DNA of 64,000 bases. Source: a phage. The position numbers and the translations under genes are program-made. Positions 53,736 to 63,054 of this stretch are shown here, piece after piece. The stretch lies in sequence record PZ402305.1, one strand, 5' to 3'. The notes under the pieces are model-generated. The model did no database searches, was not told where the DNA came from, and saw only the letters and a list, made by a program, of their open reading frames with translations. Numbering within the stretch: the stretch's first letter is position 1; every line of letters begins with the position of its first letter.

Positions 53736-54326
53736 TCAAATTATTAACGAAACCGCATGACTAAATCTTGGTTCAGATATAACCTCTGCTACAGTCACAT
53801 ATGTATCGTGCAGCCAAAAAGATTCTACTCTACAAACACAAATACCGTTGATAATGAAATCTACACAGGCTTTATTATTTTCGCACACTTGTTGACTATA
53901 AACAACCCCTAAAGAGTCATAAAGTGATCTCACTGTTGCTACCATTTCATCTGTTTCGTCTTCCTGTGAAACAAAGAAAACGAATACAGACAAGTTATTA
54001 GCGAAAGTATTGCTATTCTCTACTTCAACCGACTTACAAGGTAAAAAGGAGTAATATTTACCGTTAGGTATCAATTTCGCCTCAACCTGGTTAAGTATGC
54101 TTTGAGATGGTTTTGTTACATAAAAAAGATTTTCTGTTGGGTTTTCAACATTGCTCCTTACTATGCAACGAGTGGGGTTCGAAGGATCAAAAACATGATC
54201 GAAATCGACACACACAGGTAAGTTAACAACTTTAAACTTTTTGCTAAGAATGCTTACTGCTGTAAAAATCAAACCAGCATTTATTTTGCCAGTGAAAGTT
54301 GAACGCATAACTACTCCTCGGATCAT
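53736..54326 (-). CDS. hypothetical protein (196 aa)
   Basis: Track ORF. Confidence 0.6.
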   Translation of the reverse strand: MIRGVVMRSTFTGKINAGLIFTAVSILSKKFKVVNLPVCVDFDHVFDPSNPTRCIVRSNVENPTENLFYVTKPSQSILNQVEAKLIPNGKYYSFLPCKSVEVENSNTFANNLSVFVFFVSQEDETDEMVATVRSLYDSLGVVYSQQVCENNKACVDFIINGICVCRVESFWLHDTYVTVAEVISEPRFSHAVSLII

Positions 54327-54517
54327 TCTACCAAAGAGAATTCCGCCTCTTCCAGGTAGATTACAGACCTTGTTGCATGATATTTAACGCTCCAGAAATT
54401 ACCTTCGCGCCGTAAAAGTATCTCATTCACATCAAGATTGCTTAGAAAAACCATATAACTTAAAGCTTGTTGACGCGTTGAGAATTGTTTCTCTAAAAGT
54501 TCTTCTCCGCTCTGCAT
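54323..54517 (-). CDS. hypothetical protein (64 aa)
   Basis: Track ORF. Confidence 0.55.
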   Translation of the reverse strand: MQSGEELLEKQFSTRQQALSYMVFLSNLDVNEILLRREGNFWSVKYHATRSVIYLEEAEFSLVE

Positions 54518-54562
54518 AATCCCTCCTTAAAATACTCCCTCCGAAAAGGGAGTATAAGTATA

Positions 54563-54766
54563 TCACGTAGTTGTTATGTTGTCTTCTTGGATTCTAGAAT
54601 CCACTTCTGCAAACATATCTTCTGCACTGTAATTATTTCCAGTCCAGCGTGATAAAAGGATAGCACCAATCTCTTTTGCATGAGATTCGGACTCCGCATA
54701 AACGTTAGTCCCAGTGTCACCTTTTTTCTTTTCATGTGCATAAATGCAGTAATAATTGTAAGCCAT
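54563..54766 (-). CDS. hypothetical protein (67 aa)
   Basis: Track ORF. Confidence 0.55.
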   Translation of the reverse strand: MAYNYYCIYAHEKKKGDTGTNVYAESESHAKEIGAILLSRWTGNNYSAEDMFAEVDSRIQEDNITTT

Positions 54767-55002
54767 TAATCTTCCCAGTCATTGCCCTCGGTAGAGTGAA
54801 CTAAAGCTCGCACGATACCACCGTAATCTACTGCCTGATTTGCAGCATGTTCGGCATAAACTTCAATGGCTTTTTTGAAGAAAAGAGCAGTAGCTGCTTC
54901 AATATTATCCATTTCGCCATCTACGTCAGTAGAAAGTGAAAGGTTGAGGCTTTCATCTACTTCATCAAAATCAATAGCCACTGTCATAATTAGTTTACCC
55001 AT
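54766..55002 (-). CDS. hypothetical acidic protein (78 aa)
   Basis: Track ORF. Confidence 0.55.
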   Translation of the reverse strand: MGKLIMTVAIDFDEVDESLNLSLSTDVDGEMDNIEAATALFFKKAIEVYAEHAANQAVDYGGIVRALVHSTEGNDWED

Positions 55003-55014
55003 AGTTCACACTCC

Positions 55015-55524
55015 TTAAACAAAATAAAATGGTTGAGAGAGGCCCAAACGATTCTTTGGGTCGTATACATACCAAGCGTATGCTGTCTTATCTGTTCCAC
55101 CTGCAACAAACGAAGGCCGTTCTGAAAGGACTATAAGGTTTGTTGGTGGATTCTTTTGATGGAACTCTCGTCGTTTCTTTGACTCCAAGAAGCCCAACCG
55201 AAGAAGATAAATACAAACATCCGCCTCTTTTAAGCTCTTTTCCAAGAACTCCATTGCTAACTTAAATGGAGGATTTGTGATTATAATGTCGGGACGATTT
55301 TCCCATTCATGACTAAAATAATCTTTACCTTCTTCAAGTTCGCAATATTCTGAACCTTCAGGAAAATGGCGATAAATCGCTTCAGCTTCACCTCTGCAAG
55401 GTTCTGCAAAAACCCAACCTTCTTCCTTTAGATTTTTGAAATCTATAACACTAAACAAACTATTGATTGCTTTTTGCGGTGTTGGATAATAATCGCTCGT
55501 TGGGCGATCATAATCTAATGCCAT
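55015..55524 (-). CDS. Putative amino-methyltransferase-like protein (NPPF motif)
   Basis: IIITNPPFKLA matches N6-adenine/N4-cytosine methyltransferase motif IV; only 169 aa, assignment tentative. Confidence 0.45.
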   Translation of the reverse strand: MALDYDRPTSDYYPTPQKAINSLFSVIDFKNLKEEGWVFAEPCRGEAEAIYRHFPEGSEYCELEEGKDYFSHEWENRPDIIITNPPFKLAMEFLEKSLKEADVCIYLLRLGFLESKKRREFHQKNPPTNLIVLSERPSFVAGGTDKTAYAWYVYDPKNRLGLSQPFYFV

Positions 55525-55942
55525 CTAAAATCTCCTCTTTTGTAATATTATCCAACTCTTTAAAGGATGAAATCTCGTTTAATAATCCTATTTGATCAGC
55601 TTCTAGAGGATAAGTGTTTTTATCTGTTTTTCTAGACAGAATATCTTCAACAAACTTATCAATAGCCAAAGAAGAATCATAAAATTTTAAAAGTTGGTAA
55701 TCCATAGGAGATATTTTGTCATCTCTTAGAAATATTTCTAACATGTTTTCAGGAGTATCGTGGTTTAGTTTATGTTCACCAAAAATATTAACTTCGTAAA
55801 CATCTTTGCCAAACCAACGTTTCTTCTTTTCAACAGTATAGGTTTTTGCCACCAGACCATCTAAACAGTTTCTTGCCCTCTTACATGTTTGACGGTAAGA
55901 GTGGATAGCGCCTTCAACAAACTTAGCAGGAACTTGTAACAT
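55508..55942 (-). CDS. hypothetical protein (144 aa)
   Basis: Track ORF. Confidence 0.6.
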   Translation of the reverse strand: MLQVPAKFVEGAIHSYRQTCKRARNCLDGLVAKTYTVEKKKRWFGKDVYEVNIFGEHKLNHDTPENMLEIFLRDDKISPMDYQLLKFYDSSLAIDKFVEDILSRKTDKNTYPLEADQIGLLNEISSFKELDNITKEEILDGIRL

Positions 55943-55959
55943 TATTAATCTCCTATGTT

Positions 55960-55986
55960 TAAGAAATGCCCCCGAAGGGGCAGTTT
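55960..55986 (-). terminator. Hairpin terminator
   Basis: Reverse complement GCCCCTTCGGGGGCATTTCTT. Confidence 0.45.
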
Positions 55987-55987
55987 G

Positions 55988-56680
55988 TTAAATAGCGGTT
56001 CCTTCGAAATCCGCCACATTTACGAGATTAATATTTTCAGATTTAGAAGTCAAGTTGTTTTCTGCAACAGATTTTTCTTCAGTATCCGCCTCGTTACCTG
56101 CCACGTTACGAGGTTCTTCTTCACCGTAGGGATTACCGAATTTCAAAAGATTGATCAATTCTTCTTTGGAGAAGTTTTCTAAATCATCGTCTGTTAATTC
56201 AATAATCTCGTCTTGTTCTTCAATAAATGTTTCACCACCAGAAAAAGCATCTCGCTTTTTAGCTACTTCCATAGCCTGTTCTGGTGTTGCCCCTGCATCA
56301 AGAGCAGCTAAAGCAAAGTCTGACCCACTCCCTACTGCATAATATTCTTCATCAATCGGATATGCACGTGTTGGGTTGTTACCCTCGTGCAGGAAAATAC
56401 GTCCGTCTGGATGAACAACAAGTGCAATAAACTCTTCATCTTCTTTGTCTGGATCAGAGTGAATCATCAAACCAGGGACAGCATCACGTGCTGCTTCGCA
56501 CTGTAGATTTTGTTCAAACCATTGAAAGAAAGAAAGCACGGAGGTCAGACGACCAGCACCACCTACAAGGTAATCTCCAATTTTTCGGACCTTTTTGAAA
56601 TTAATAGAATCTACACGTCCACCAAAAGTTACCTTACCGTCACTCAAAATCTTATTTTTGGTTGCAATAATTGTCGTCAC
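55988..56680 (-). CDS. HslV-like Ntn-hydrolase peptidase with acidic C-terminal extension
   Basis: N-terminal MTTIIATK (Thr nucleophile at +2 as in HslV MTTIVSV), GGR, YAVGSGSDFALAA (HslV GSGG box). Confidence 0.7.
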   Translation of the reverse strand: MTTIIATKNKILSDGKVTFGGRVDSINFKKVRKIGDYLVGGAGRLTSVLSFFQWFEQNLQCEAARDAVPGLMIHSDPDKEDEEFIALVVHPDGRIFLHEGNNPTRAYPIDEEYYAVGSGSDFALAALDAGATPEQAMEVAKKRDAFSGGETFIEEQDEIIELTDDDLENFSKEELINLLKFGNPYGEEEPRNVAGNEADTEEKSVAENNLTSKSENINLVNVADFEGTAI

Positions 56681-57183
56681 TATTCTTCCTCCTCTGTTAA
56701 TGTTTTAAGAACCGCTTTCCCGCCATTCACATATTTGCAGATGTATTCTATCGCACGTAGTGTCTCTTTGTCAACAAAAATTTGATCAGACGTTGCGAGC
56801 GGGTTATTAAGAAGATCACTGCAATCACGAACAAGCAGTGCTTTCTTATTAAACAAATTACTTAAGAACAGTAACTTCGCCTCTTCTTCTGTTATGTGCA
56901 GAAGGCTAGGATCGGAGCCAGCTATTCCTATTATACAATCAAACAAGCTTTCTTTACTATCAGAAAGTTCTTGAAAATGGTTTAAAAGCCAATCTTCTCC
57001 TAGACACCAACATTTAAACATTTCCAGCTTATCTCGGAGGGTCATATTCTCTAAAGTAAGAGCAATCTCTTTTTCAATATGGTTTACACAAATTTGACGA
57101 AATTCGTTAGGTTTTACGAGTCCCGTTTGATAGCACTCATCTATACCGCTTCTTCCGATAGCTATTGTTGCTACACCCATCAA
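56680..57183 (-). CDS. hypothetical protein (167 aa)
   Basis: Track ORF. Confidence 0.6.
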   Translation of the reverse strand: MMGVATIAIGRSGIDECYQTGLVKPNEFRQICVNHIEKEIALTLENMTLRDKLEMFKCWCLGEDWLLNHFQELSDSKESLFDCIIGIAGSDPSLLHITEEEAKLLFLSNLFNKKALLVRDCSDLLNNPLATSDQIFVDKETLRAIEYICKYVNGGKAVLKTLTEEEE

Positions 57184-57215
57184 TCCTCCTTATAAATGGC
57201 TTCCCTGCCATGTTA

Positions 57216-57974
57216 TTAAATAAACACTTCAGTAATCAGTTTAGACAAACGTCCACGTTTATTATCGTCCGTTGTCAGTTCAACGTATCCAATAAAATCT
57301 ACAATTGGCTCACGAACACCTTCTTCATTTTCTGGATATAAAAGTTCCAAAATTTGATGCAGACCATTGCTACGTTTTTTAATTGCATATGTCTGGCGAA
57401 CATCGCCTAATACAATAACATGCGTATTAATACCTGCACGTTCAATAAGAAGTTTAAGTGTTTCTGTTGACATAAGTTGTGCTTCGTCAATAATGACGAT
57501 TGTATTATCCAGGGTGGCCCCCAACAAATAGTTAGGAATATTCAATTCGATCTTACCTGATCCAATATCGTTTTCCAATTTGTTGGCTGTCATGAATTGC
57601 TGGAAAATACGTTTTGTAGATTCATAGTGTGCTGCTAGTTTATCTGTTTTATCTCCAGACAAGAAACCAATCTGGTCATCTCCGACTTCAGTAGGGTTCT
57701 TGATAAAAAGTAGTTTACGGAAGTCTCCTGAACGAAGCATCTGCAAAGCTTTCCATAAAGCAACAGAGGTTTTACCAGTCCCTGCCGGAGCATTTACAAC
57801 AGTCAGATCATTCCAAATCATGCTTTGAACAATCTTATTTTGGTCCCCTTCAGGCATAAATTCATCTAAACGGTAATCGTCATTACCTACCGCTTTTGCT
57901 GCATAACGGCTTTCAATCTTTGCTGAATTAGCCAGTTTCTGCCGTTGTGTTTTAGCTGCGGTTTTATTTCCCAT
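57216..57974 (-). CDS. phoH: PhoH-like ATPase
   Basis: Walker A NAPAGTGKTSVA, Walker B IVIIDEAQ; start moved to ATG after AAGGAG, downstream of hairpin. Confidence 0.8.
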   Translation of the reverse strand: MGNKTAAKTQRQKLANSAKIESRYAAKAVGNDDYRLDEFMPEGDQNKIVQSMIWNDLTVVNAPAGTGKTSVALWKALQMLRSGDFRKLLFIKNPTEVGDDQIGFLSGDKTDKLAAHYESTKRIFQQFMTANKLENDIGSGKIELNIPNYLLGATLDNTIVIIDEAQLMSTETLKLLIERAGINTHVIVLGDVRQTYAIKKRSNGLHQILELLYPENEEGVREPIVDFIGYVELTTDDNKRGRLSKLITEVFI

Positions 57975-57984
57975 AGTAGCACTC

Positions 57985-58010
57985 CTTTTAGAAGGGGCCG
58001 AAGCCCCTTT
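57985..58010. other. GC hairpin between lysozyme and phoH
   Basis: GAAGGGGCCGAAGCCCCTT; U-tract only on plus-strand side. Confidence 0.4.
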
Positions 58011-58011
58011 A

Positions 58012-58512
58012 TTAGTTGTAAGCATCTAAAGTTCCAGAAGTCAGAACTTTAATTACTCGTTCAGCACGGTTTGGCGTCTGGCTATACCATCGGCTTTTAC
58101 GCATGTTTTTACCTGCTTGAGTATAATATGCATTGCTGATTAAAGTCAAGCTATTTTGAAACCCTTCAGCACCTTTTAATCCCAACTGGAAAACCATGTT
58201 GATTATTCCCAATTTACGAGTATCACTAACCTTATCATAGATTGGTGATAAGATAGCACTGTTTTTTATGTCTCTCTTCACTTTTGCAACATCGTCAGCA
58301 AAGATTTGACGGGCTTCTTTTTCTGTGATAACTCCATTAGTCTTACGACCAAGAAGATTATCTAAGATTTGAATAGCCTTTGCTTTATCTTTTATTTTAG
58401 TCAGAAGGTGTCCTATGCCGACTGTCCAATAACCAAGATGGTCTTGATAAACAGTAAGCTTCAGTCCTTCATCGACTCGTAGCATATCGAACTCATCTAC
58501 TACTTTAGCCAT
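58012..58512 (-). CDS. e: T4-type lysozyme (endolysin)
   Basis: MLRVDEGLKLTVYQDHLGYWTVGIGHLLTK and SRWYSQTPNRAERVIKVLTSGTLDAY align with T4 lysozyme incl. catalytic Glu/Asp/Thr. Confidence 0.9.
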   Translation of the reverse strand: MAKVVDEFDMLRVDEGLKLTVYQDHLGYWTVGIGHLLTKIKDKAKAIQILDNLLGRKTNGVITEKEARQIFADDVAKVKRDIKNSAILSPIYDKVSDTRKLGIINMVFQLGLKGAEGFQNSLTLISNAYYTQAGKNMRKSRWYSQTPNRAERVIKVLTSGTLDAYN

Positions 58513-58519
58513 TTACTTC

Positions 58520-58669
58520 CTATTCGTCGTCTCCTACTCCGTGATCCAACTCGTTAAACAACAGATGTTCTGGAGAAGTTTCACGTTTTGGTTTCGTTTT
58601 CTTTATGTTGGACTTCAGCTCATTTGCCAAAGCACGAGAAAAGATCTTACGTTTCTGTTTACTTTTCAT
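58520..58669 (-). CDS. small basic protein (49 aa)
   Basis: Not in track; fills gap between glutaredoxin and lysozyme; approximate. Confidence 0.35.
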   Translation of the reverse strand: MKSKQKRKIFSRALANELKSNIKKTKPKRETSPEHLLFNELDHGVGDDE

Positions 58670-58674
58670 AATTG

Positions 58675-58935
58675 TTACTCCGCAATTTGAGCCATGAGAT
58701 CACGCAGTTCGGTAAAACCGCCTACGTATGTTACCTCCCCGTTCACTTCGGACAGAATTTGTGGAAATGTGCGTGGAGGAACTCCGGTAAGATCAACAAC
58801 TGTTTTAGTCATTGATTCTAAATCATAGTCTTGATCAAGACTTAAATATTCAAACTGTTTATTGCGCATGGTTAATAGTTGTTTTGACATTTCACAAAAT
58901 TGACAGTTAGGTTTACCAAAAATTACAAATTCCAT
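58675..58935 (-). CDS. Glutaredoxin/thioredoxin-like protein (NrdC-like)
   Basis: N-terminal FGKPNCQFCEMSK (CxxC active site), C-terminal GGFTELRDL; near nrdB. Confidence 0.7.
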   Translation of the reverse strand: MEFVIFGKPNCQFCEMSKQLLTMRNKQFEYLSLDQDYDLESMTKTVVDLTGVPPRTFPQILSEVNGEVTYVGGFTELRDLMAQIAE

Positions 58936-59777
58936 TACCTCTCCTTATTAAGTAATACTGCTAAAGACTGTTCAATACCTTTATTTAAATCTGATTTTGT
59001 AAGATAGTGACTGGTTACTAGTTGTGACTTCACCGGACGTGCTGCTGGAGCATTATAGGTTGAAGCTGATACCGCCGATATCTTAACAGGTTCTGGCATC
59101 TGTGTCAAGATCTTTTCCGCAAACTCCGCCCAAGAAATAAGATGGCTTCCTGCAAAATGGTAAGTCTTAACAGACCTTGACCAACCTGTTTTTAATACTT
59201 CAAAAATAGCTTCTGCTAAATCTGGAGCATATGTTGGACAAGAGAACTGATCAGCAACAATAATAAAATCACGTTGTCCATCATTATAGCGAGACAACAT
59301 GGTTTTTAGAAAGTTATTTCCAAATTCGCTATATACCGAGGCTGTTCGAATAATATATGCATTTGGGTTAACTCCTCGCACCATTTTTTCACCAAGTTCT
59401 TTCGTATACCCATAATTGTTTATTGGGTTAGGTGTAGTATCTTCAAAAATAGGATGAGAATAATTAAAAATATAGTCTGTAGAAATATGCACAAAATCAA
59501 TTTTAAGTTTGCTGCACACTGCCGCAATATTTGCAGGTCCATACGCATTAACAGCCAAAGCAGTAGCAAAATCATGTTCTGCTTTATCTACAGCCGTATA
59601 AGCGGCGCAATTAATAACACCATCTACATAATCTTCAATAATAGCGTTTCGCACAGCTTCAAAATTTGTAATATCTACACGTTCTTTAGGATAAATTAAA
59701 GATACATTTGAAGGAGCCACTTTACGTAAAGCTTGTCCCAGTTGTCCATTACCGCCCAATACCAGATATGTTAGCAT
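58935..59777 (-). CDS. rmlD: dTDP-4-dehydrorhamnose reductase
   Basis: N-terminal LVLGGNGQLG Rossmann motif; last gene of rml cluster. Confidence 0.8.
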   Translation of the reverse strand: MLTYLVLGGNGQLGQALRKVAPSNVSLIYPKERVDITNFEAVRNAIIEDYVDGVINCAAYTAVDKAEHDFATALAVNAYGPANIAAVCSKLKIDFVHISTDYIFNYSHPIFEDTTPNPINNYGYTKELGEKMVRGVNPNAYIIRTASVYSEFGNNFLKTMLSRYNDGQRDFIIVADQFSCPTYAPDLAEAIFEVLKTGWSRSVKTYHFAGSHLISWAEFAEKILTQMPEPVKISAVSASTYNAPAARPVKSQLVTSHYLTKSDLNKGIEQSLAVLLNKER

Positions 59778-60337
59778 ACACCCTCGCTACGTAACTGTTG
59801 AAAAGATTTAGCCATTGCATCTTTTGTTGATAGAATAGGTTTAAAACCTTCGTCAAAAATCATATCGAAGCCCCAATCGATCCCTATATCAGGATCATCC
59901 CAACGTAAACTTTGTTCACTAGAAGGGTCGTATGGAGTTGTGCATTTGTATTCAAAGATAGCATCCATACTCAAAACTATAAAACCATGAGCCAAACCAG
60001 GCGGAAGCCAAAACTGCGTATGGTGTCGTGCACGAAGAACAACACCGTCCCAAGCACCGTAAGTTGGACTATCTTTACGTAAATCTACAGCGAAATCCAA
60101 TACTTCCCCACTTACACAACGAACTAGCTTACCTTGCGGGTTATTTGTTTGAAAGTGCATTCCTCGCAAAACACCGAAGTTTGATTTAGACATGTTATCT
60201 TGAACGAAAGTTTGTCTACCAATAATATCTTCGTATTTTTGTTCATTATATGTTTCTAGAAAGAAACCACGATCATCTTTATAAACGTCTGGTTTGATAA
60301 TTACCGCACCTTCAATTTTTGTTTTTTCTACTTTCAT
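59771..60337 (-). CDS. rmlC: dTDP-4-dehydrorhamnose 3,5-epimerase
   Basis: RGMHFQ and cupin-type motifs; start moved to ATG overlapping rmlA stop. Confidence 0.8.
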   Translation of the reverse strand: MKVEKTKIEGAVIIKPDVYKDDRGFFLETYNEQKYEDIIGRQTFVQDNMSKSNFGVLRGMHFQTNNPQGKLVRCVSGEVLDFAVDLRKDSPTYGAWDGVVLRARHHTQFWLPPGLAHGFIVLSMDAIFEYKCTTPYDPSSEQSLRWDDPDIGIDWGFDMIFDEGFKPILSTKDAMAKSFQQLRSEGVC

Positions 60338-61212
60338 TTTCTCTCCGCTAATTTGAGTAGGTATTGCCCGTACTCTGTTTTCTTCAGTGAGTTTCCATGA
60401 TACACCAAAGTCTCTAAAGAAATCCACCCTTTTTTGAAAGCAATTTCTTCCAGGCACGCAATCTTCAATCCTTGACAGTTCTCAATAGTCTGCACGAATT
60501 GACCAGCTTCCATCAGACTGGCGTGTGTTCCTGTGTCAAGCCAAGTAAATCCTCGTCCGAGAACTTCCACTTGTAACTTCCTGTCTTCTAGGTAGCTGCG
60601 ATTGATATCAGTGATCTCCAGTTCTCCACGCGCGGAAGGGGTTACTTCTAATGCACGTTGAATAACAGAGTTATCATAGAAATACAAACCTGTGACAGCA
60701 TAATCTGATTTAGGATTTTCAGGTTTCTCTTCAATAGAAATAGCTTGACGATTACTCCCAAATTCAACCACACCGAATCGTTCAGGATCTTTCACCAAAT
60801 ACCCGAAAATACAAGCTCCGCCCCAAACATCTACCATCTCACTGGCGTTAATCAGTAGTTTACCAAAGCTTTGTCCGAAGAATAGGTTGTCACCTAAAAT
60901 AAGAGCAACAGAGTCTTCTCCGATAAAATCTTTACCTATGATGAAAGCTTCCGCAAGACCTCGTGGCTCGGATTGGATTGCGTAAGTGAGTTTTATCCCA
61001 AACATAGATCCATCTCCGAGAAGATACTCAAAGTCTTCCTGATCGCCTGGTGTGGTGATTATTAAAATATCCTTAATGTCAGCCAACATCAATACCGATA
61101 AAGGGTAGTAGATCATGGGTTTGTCATACACAGGGAGTAATTGCTTGCTCACACTGCGTGTTACTGGATGAAGGCGGGTTCCACTTCCTCCCGCCAAAAT
61201 AATACCTTTCAT
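60334..61212 (-). CDS. rmlA: Glucose-1-phosphate thymidylyltransferase
   Basis: [18 protein letters not shown] ... [16 protein letters not shown]. Confidence 0.85.
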   Translation of the reverse strand: MKGIILAGGSGTRLHPVTRSVSKQLLPVYDKPMIYYPLSVLMLADIKDILIITTPGDQEDFEYLLGDGSMFGIKLTYAIQSEPRGLAEAFIIGKDFIGEDSVALILGDNLFFGQSFGKLLINASEMVDVWGGACIFGYLVKDPERFGVVEFGSNRQAISIEEKPENPKSDYAVTGLYFYDNSVIQRALEVTPSARGELEITDINRSYLEDRKLQVEVLGRGFTWLDTGTHASLMEAGQFVQTIENCQGLKIACLEEIAFKKGWISLETLVYHGNSLKKTEYGQYLLKLAERK

Positions 61213-61220
61213 AACCCTCC

Positions 61221-62213
61221 TTAAATTTTCTCACTCCACCATTGAGGGTTGTTTAAGTACCATTCAATCGTTGAGTAGAGATCTTGTTCAAATGTAGAGT
61301 TTGCACTCCAACCCAGTTCAGACTCTATTTTAGAAGGATTGATTTCATAACGCAAGTCATGTCCTTTACGATCTTCAACAAAAGTTATCAAGTTGGAAGA
61401 AGGGTAGGTTCCTGCCTCTGGATGTACAGCATCCATGTAGTCACAAACCATATAGATGATCTCCATATTGGTTTTGGGATTACGTGTTCCAACATTATAC
61501 GTTTGACCTGGTTCTCCACCTGTTGCCACTTGAAGAATAGCTCGCGCATGATCCTCAACAAAAAGCCAGTCTCGCACCTGATCGCCTTTACCATACACCG
61601 GAATCTCTTTATTCGTCAAGATACTTGTGATGATTTTTGGGATCAGCTTTTCTGGATGTTGATAAGGCCCAAAGTTATTGGAGCAGTTGGTTATCACAAC
61701 AGGCAAATCGTAGGTACGGTGCCAAGCTTTCACAAGATGGTCAGATGCTGCCTTAGACGCGCTGTACGGGCTTGAAGGGGCATAAGCTGTCTCTTCAGTA
61801 AAGGGAACGCCAGAGTCTGCCATATCGCCGTACACTTCGTCTGTGGAGACGTGTACGAACATCTTCAGTTTATTTTTTGGGAGGAGCCTTGCAGCTTCCA
61901 ATAAATTGTATGTACCAATAATATTGGAGTCGATGAAAACTCGTGGATTCTTGATAGAATTATCCACATGACTTTCTGCCGCTAAGTGAATGATGAAGTC
62001 AGGATTGCACTCTACTACTAAACTTTTGACCTGGGTTTCGTTTGCCAAATCTGTTATGCTTAGTTTAACGTGAGTGATATCGCCTACATTCTCAATGTCT
62101 GCTGCATAGCCCATCTTATCAACGACAAAAACTTCGTTATTGGGATCTTGACAAAGAGAGCGCACCACGGCACTCCCAATAAAACCAAGACCACCTGTTA
62201 CCAGATAGCGCAT
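61221..62213 (-). CDS. rmlB: dTDP-glucose 4,6-dehydratase
   Basis: [35 protein letters not shown] short-chain dehydratase motifs. Confidence 0.85.
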   Translation of the reverse strand: MRYLVTGGLGFIGSAVVRSLCQDPNNEVFVVDKMGYAADIENVGDITHVKLSITDLANETQVKSLVVECNPDFIIHLAAESHVDNSIKNPRVFIDSNIIGTYNLLEAARLLPKNKLKMFVHVSTDEVYGDMADSGVPFTEETAYAPSSPYSASKAASDHLVKAWHRTYDLPVVITNCSNNFGPYQHPEKLIPKIITSILTNKEIPVYGKGDQVRDWLFVEDHARAILQVATGGEPGQTYNVGTRNPKTNMEIIYMVCDYMDAVHPEAGTYPSSNLITFVEDRKGHDLRYEINPSKIESELGWSANSTFEQDLYSTIEWYLNNPQWWSEKI

Positions 62214-62222
62214 CAGTTCTCC

Positions 62223-62549
62223 TTACCAAACATGTTGAGAAATAATAGTTTCCGTTTTAATGTTATATTTTTCAAGTAGCTTTGCATAGGCTTCTTTTGC
62301 ATTCTCATTCAATTGCTCAAGATCTACAGCTATGCTTCCTTCTCCGCCTTCTAAATCAAGGCCATATATGCAATAAGACTCATCCGCATCGTAGAAAGGA
62401 GAGATGCGGCTTAAGTCAAGACCTTCTTGTAAGAACCAGTTAAAATCTCCGTCAAATTCTTCTTCAATTCTAGGATCTTCTCCTACAGCCTCTTCCCACT
62501 TATTAAAAGGTGCACCCTGTAACATACGCCATTCGATATCAATACCCAT
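62223..62549 (-). CDS. hypothetical acidic protein (108 aa)
   Basis: Track ORF. Confidence 0.6.
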   Translation of the reverse strand: MGIDIEWRMLQGAPFNKWEEAVGEDPRIEEEFDGDFNWFLQEGLDLSRISPFYDADESYCIYGLDLEGGEGSIAVDLEQLNENAKEAYAKLLEKYNIKTETIISQHVW

Positions 62550-62703
62550 TTTTCATCTCCTCCTCTTCTTGAGCAGCTTTAATAATTGCTTCATAAATAT
62601 CGTAAGCAATGCCTCCACAACATCTAGCTTCGAAAGCTATTGCTTCTGCAATGTGATCTGTTAATTCTCGTGGAATGCGAACATACTCTTTTTCACTCTC
62701 CAT
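62539..62703 (-). CDS. small hypothetical protein (54 aa)
   Basis: Not in track; overlaps both neighbours by 11 nt; approximate. Confidence 0.4.
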   Translation of the reverse strand: MESEKEYVRIPRELTDHIAEAIAFEARCCGGIAYDIYEAIIKAAQEEEEMKNGY

Positions 62704-62845
62704 CTTCTACCTCCAACCCTTCTTTTTCAAAGATTACTACTCGTCCTTCACCATGACAATTCAGGCAAGGAAATGTTACCATAATTTCCACTTCCATCTG
62801 TCCAGTCCCACCGCACACAGGACAAAAAATAAGTTTTTCAGCCAT
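62693..62845 (-). CDS. small zinc-ribbon protein (50 aa)
   Basis: Not in track; CPVCGG ... CLNCHG; TAATG overlap with upstream gene. Confidence 0.4.
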   Translation of the reverse strand: MAEKLIFCPVCGGTGQMEVEIMVTFPCLNCHGEGRVVIFEKEGLEVEDGE

Positions 62846-63054
62846 TATTCCTCCTTAATTATTTCAAACTTGGCAACACCATTTACAATAATATGACCAC
62901 AAGACATAACTCCTAGCCAAGGATCGCCGTTTTTCTTCGGGCGTTTACCGAATACATCACAAAAACCATTCTTCATTTCGGAGGCTTCATAAGAAGCCTC
63001 TTTGTCAAAAACGTCTTTGAATGTGTCGATTATACCAACACATCTCAAAATCAT
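62845..63054 (-). CDS. hypothetical protein (69 aa)
   Basis: Track ORF. Confidence 0.55.
   Translation of the reverse strand: MILRCVGIIDTFKDVFDKEASYEASEMKNGFCDVFGKRPKKNGDPWLGVMSCGHIIVNGVAKFEIIKEE

Noticed and set aside
57985-58010. Terminator between lysozyme and phoH on the minus strand
   Set aside because: The hairpin is followed by a U-tract only in the plus-strand orientation; on the coding (minus) strand it more likely acts as a processing or stability hairpin or an antisense terminator.
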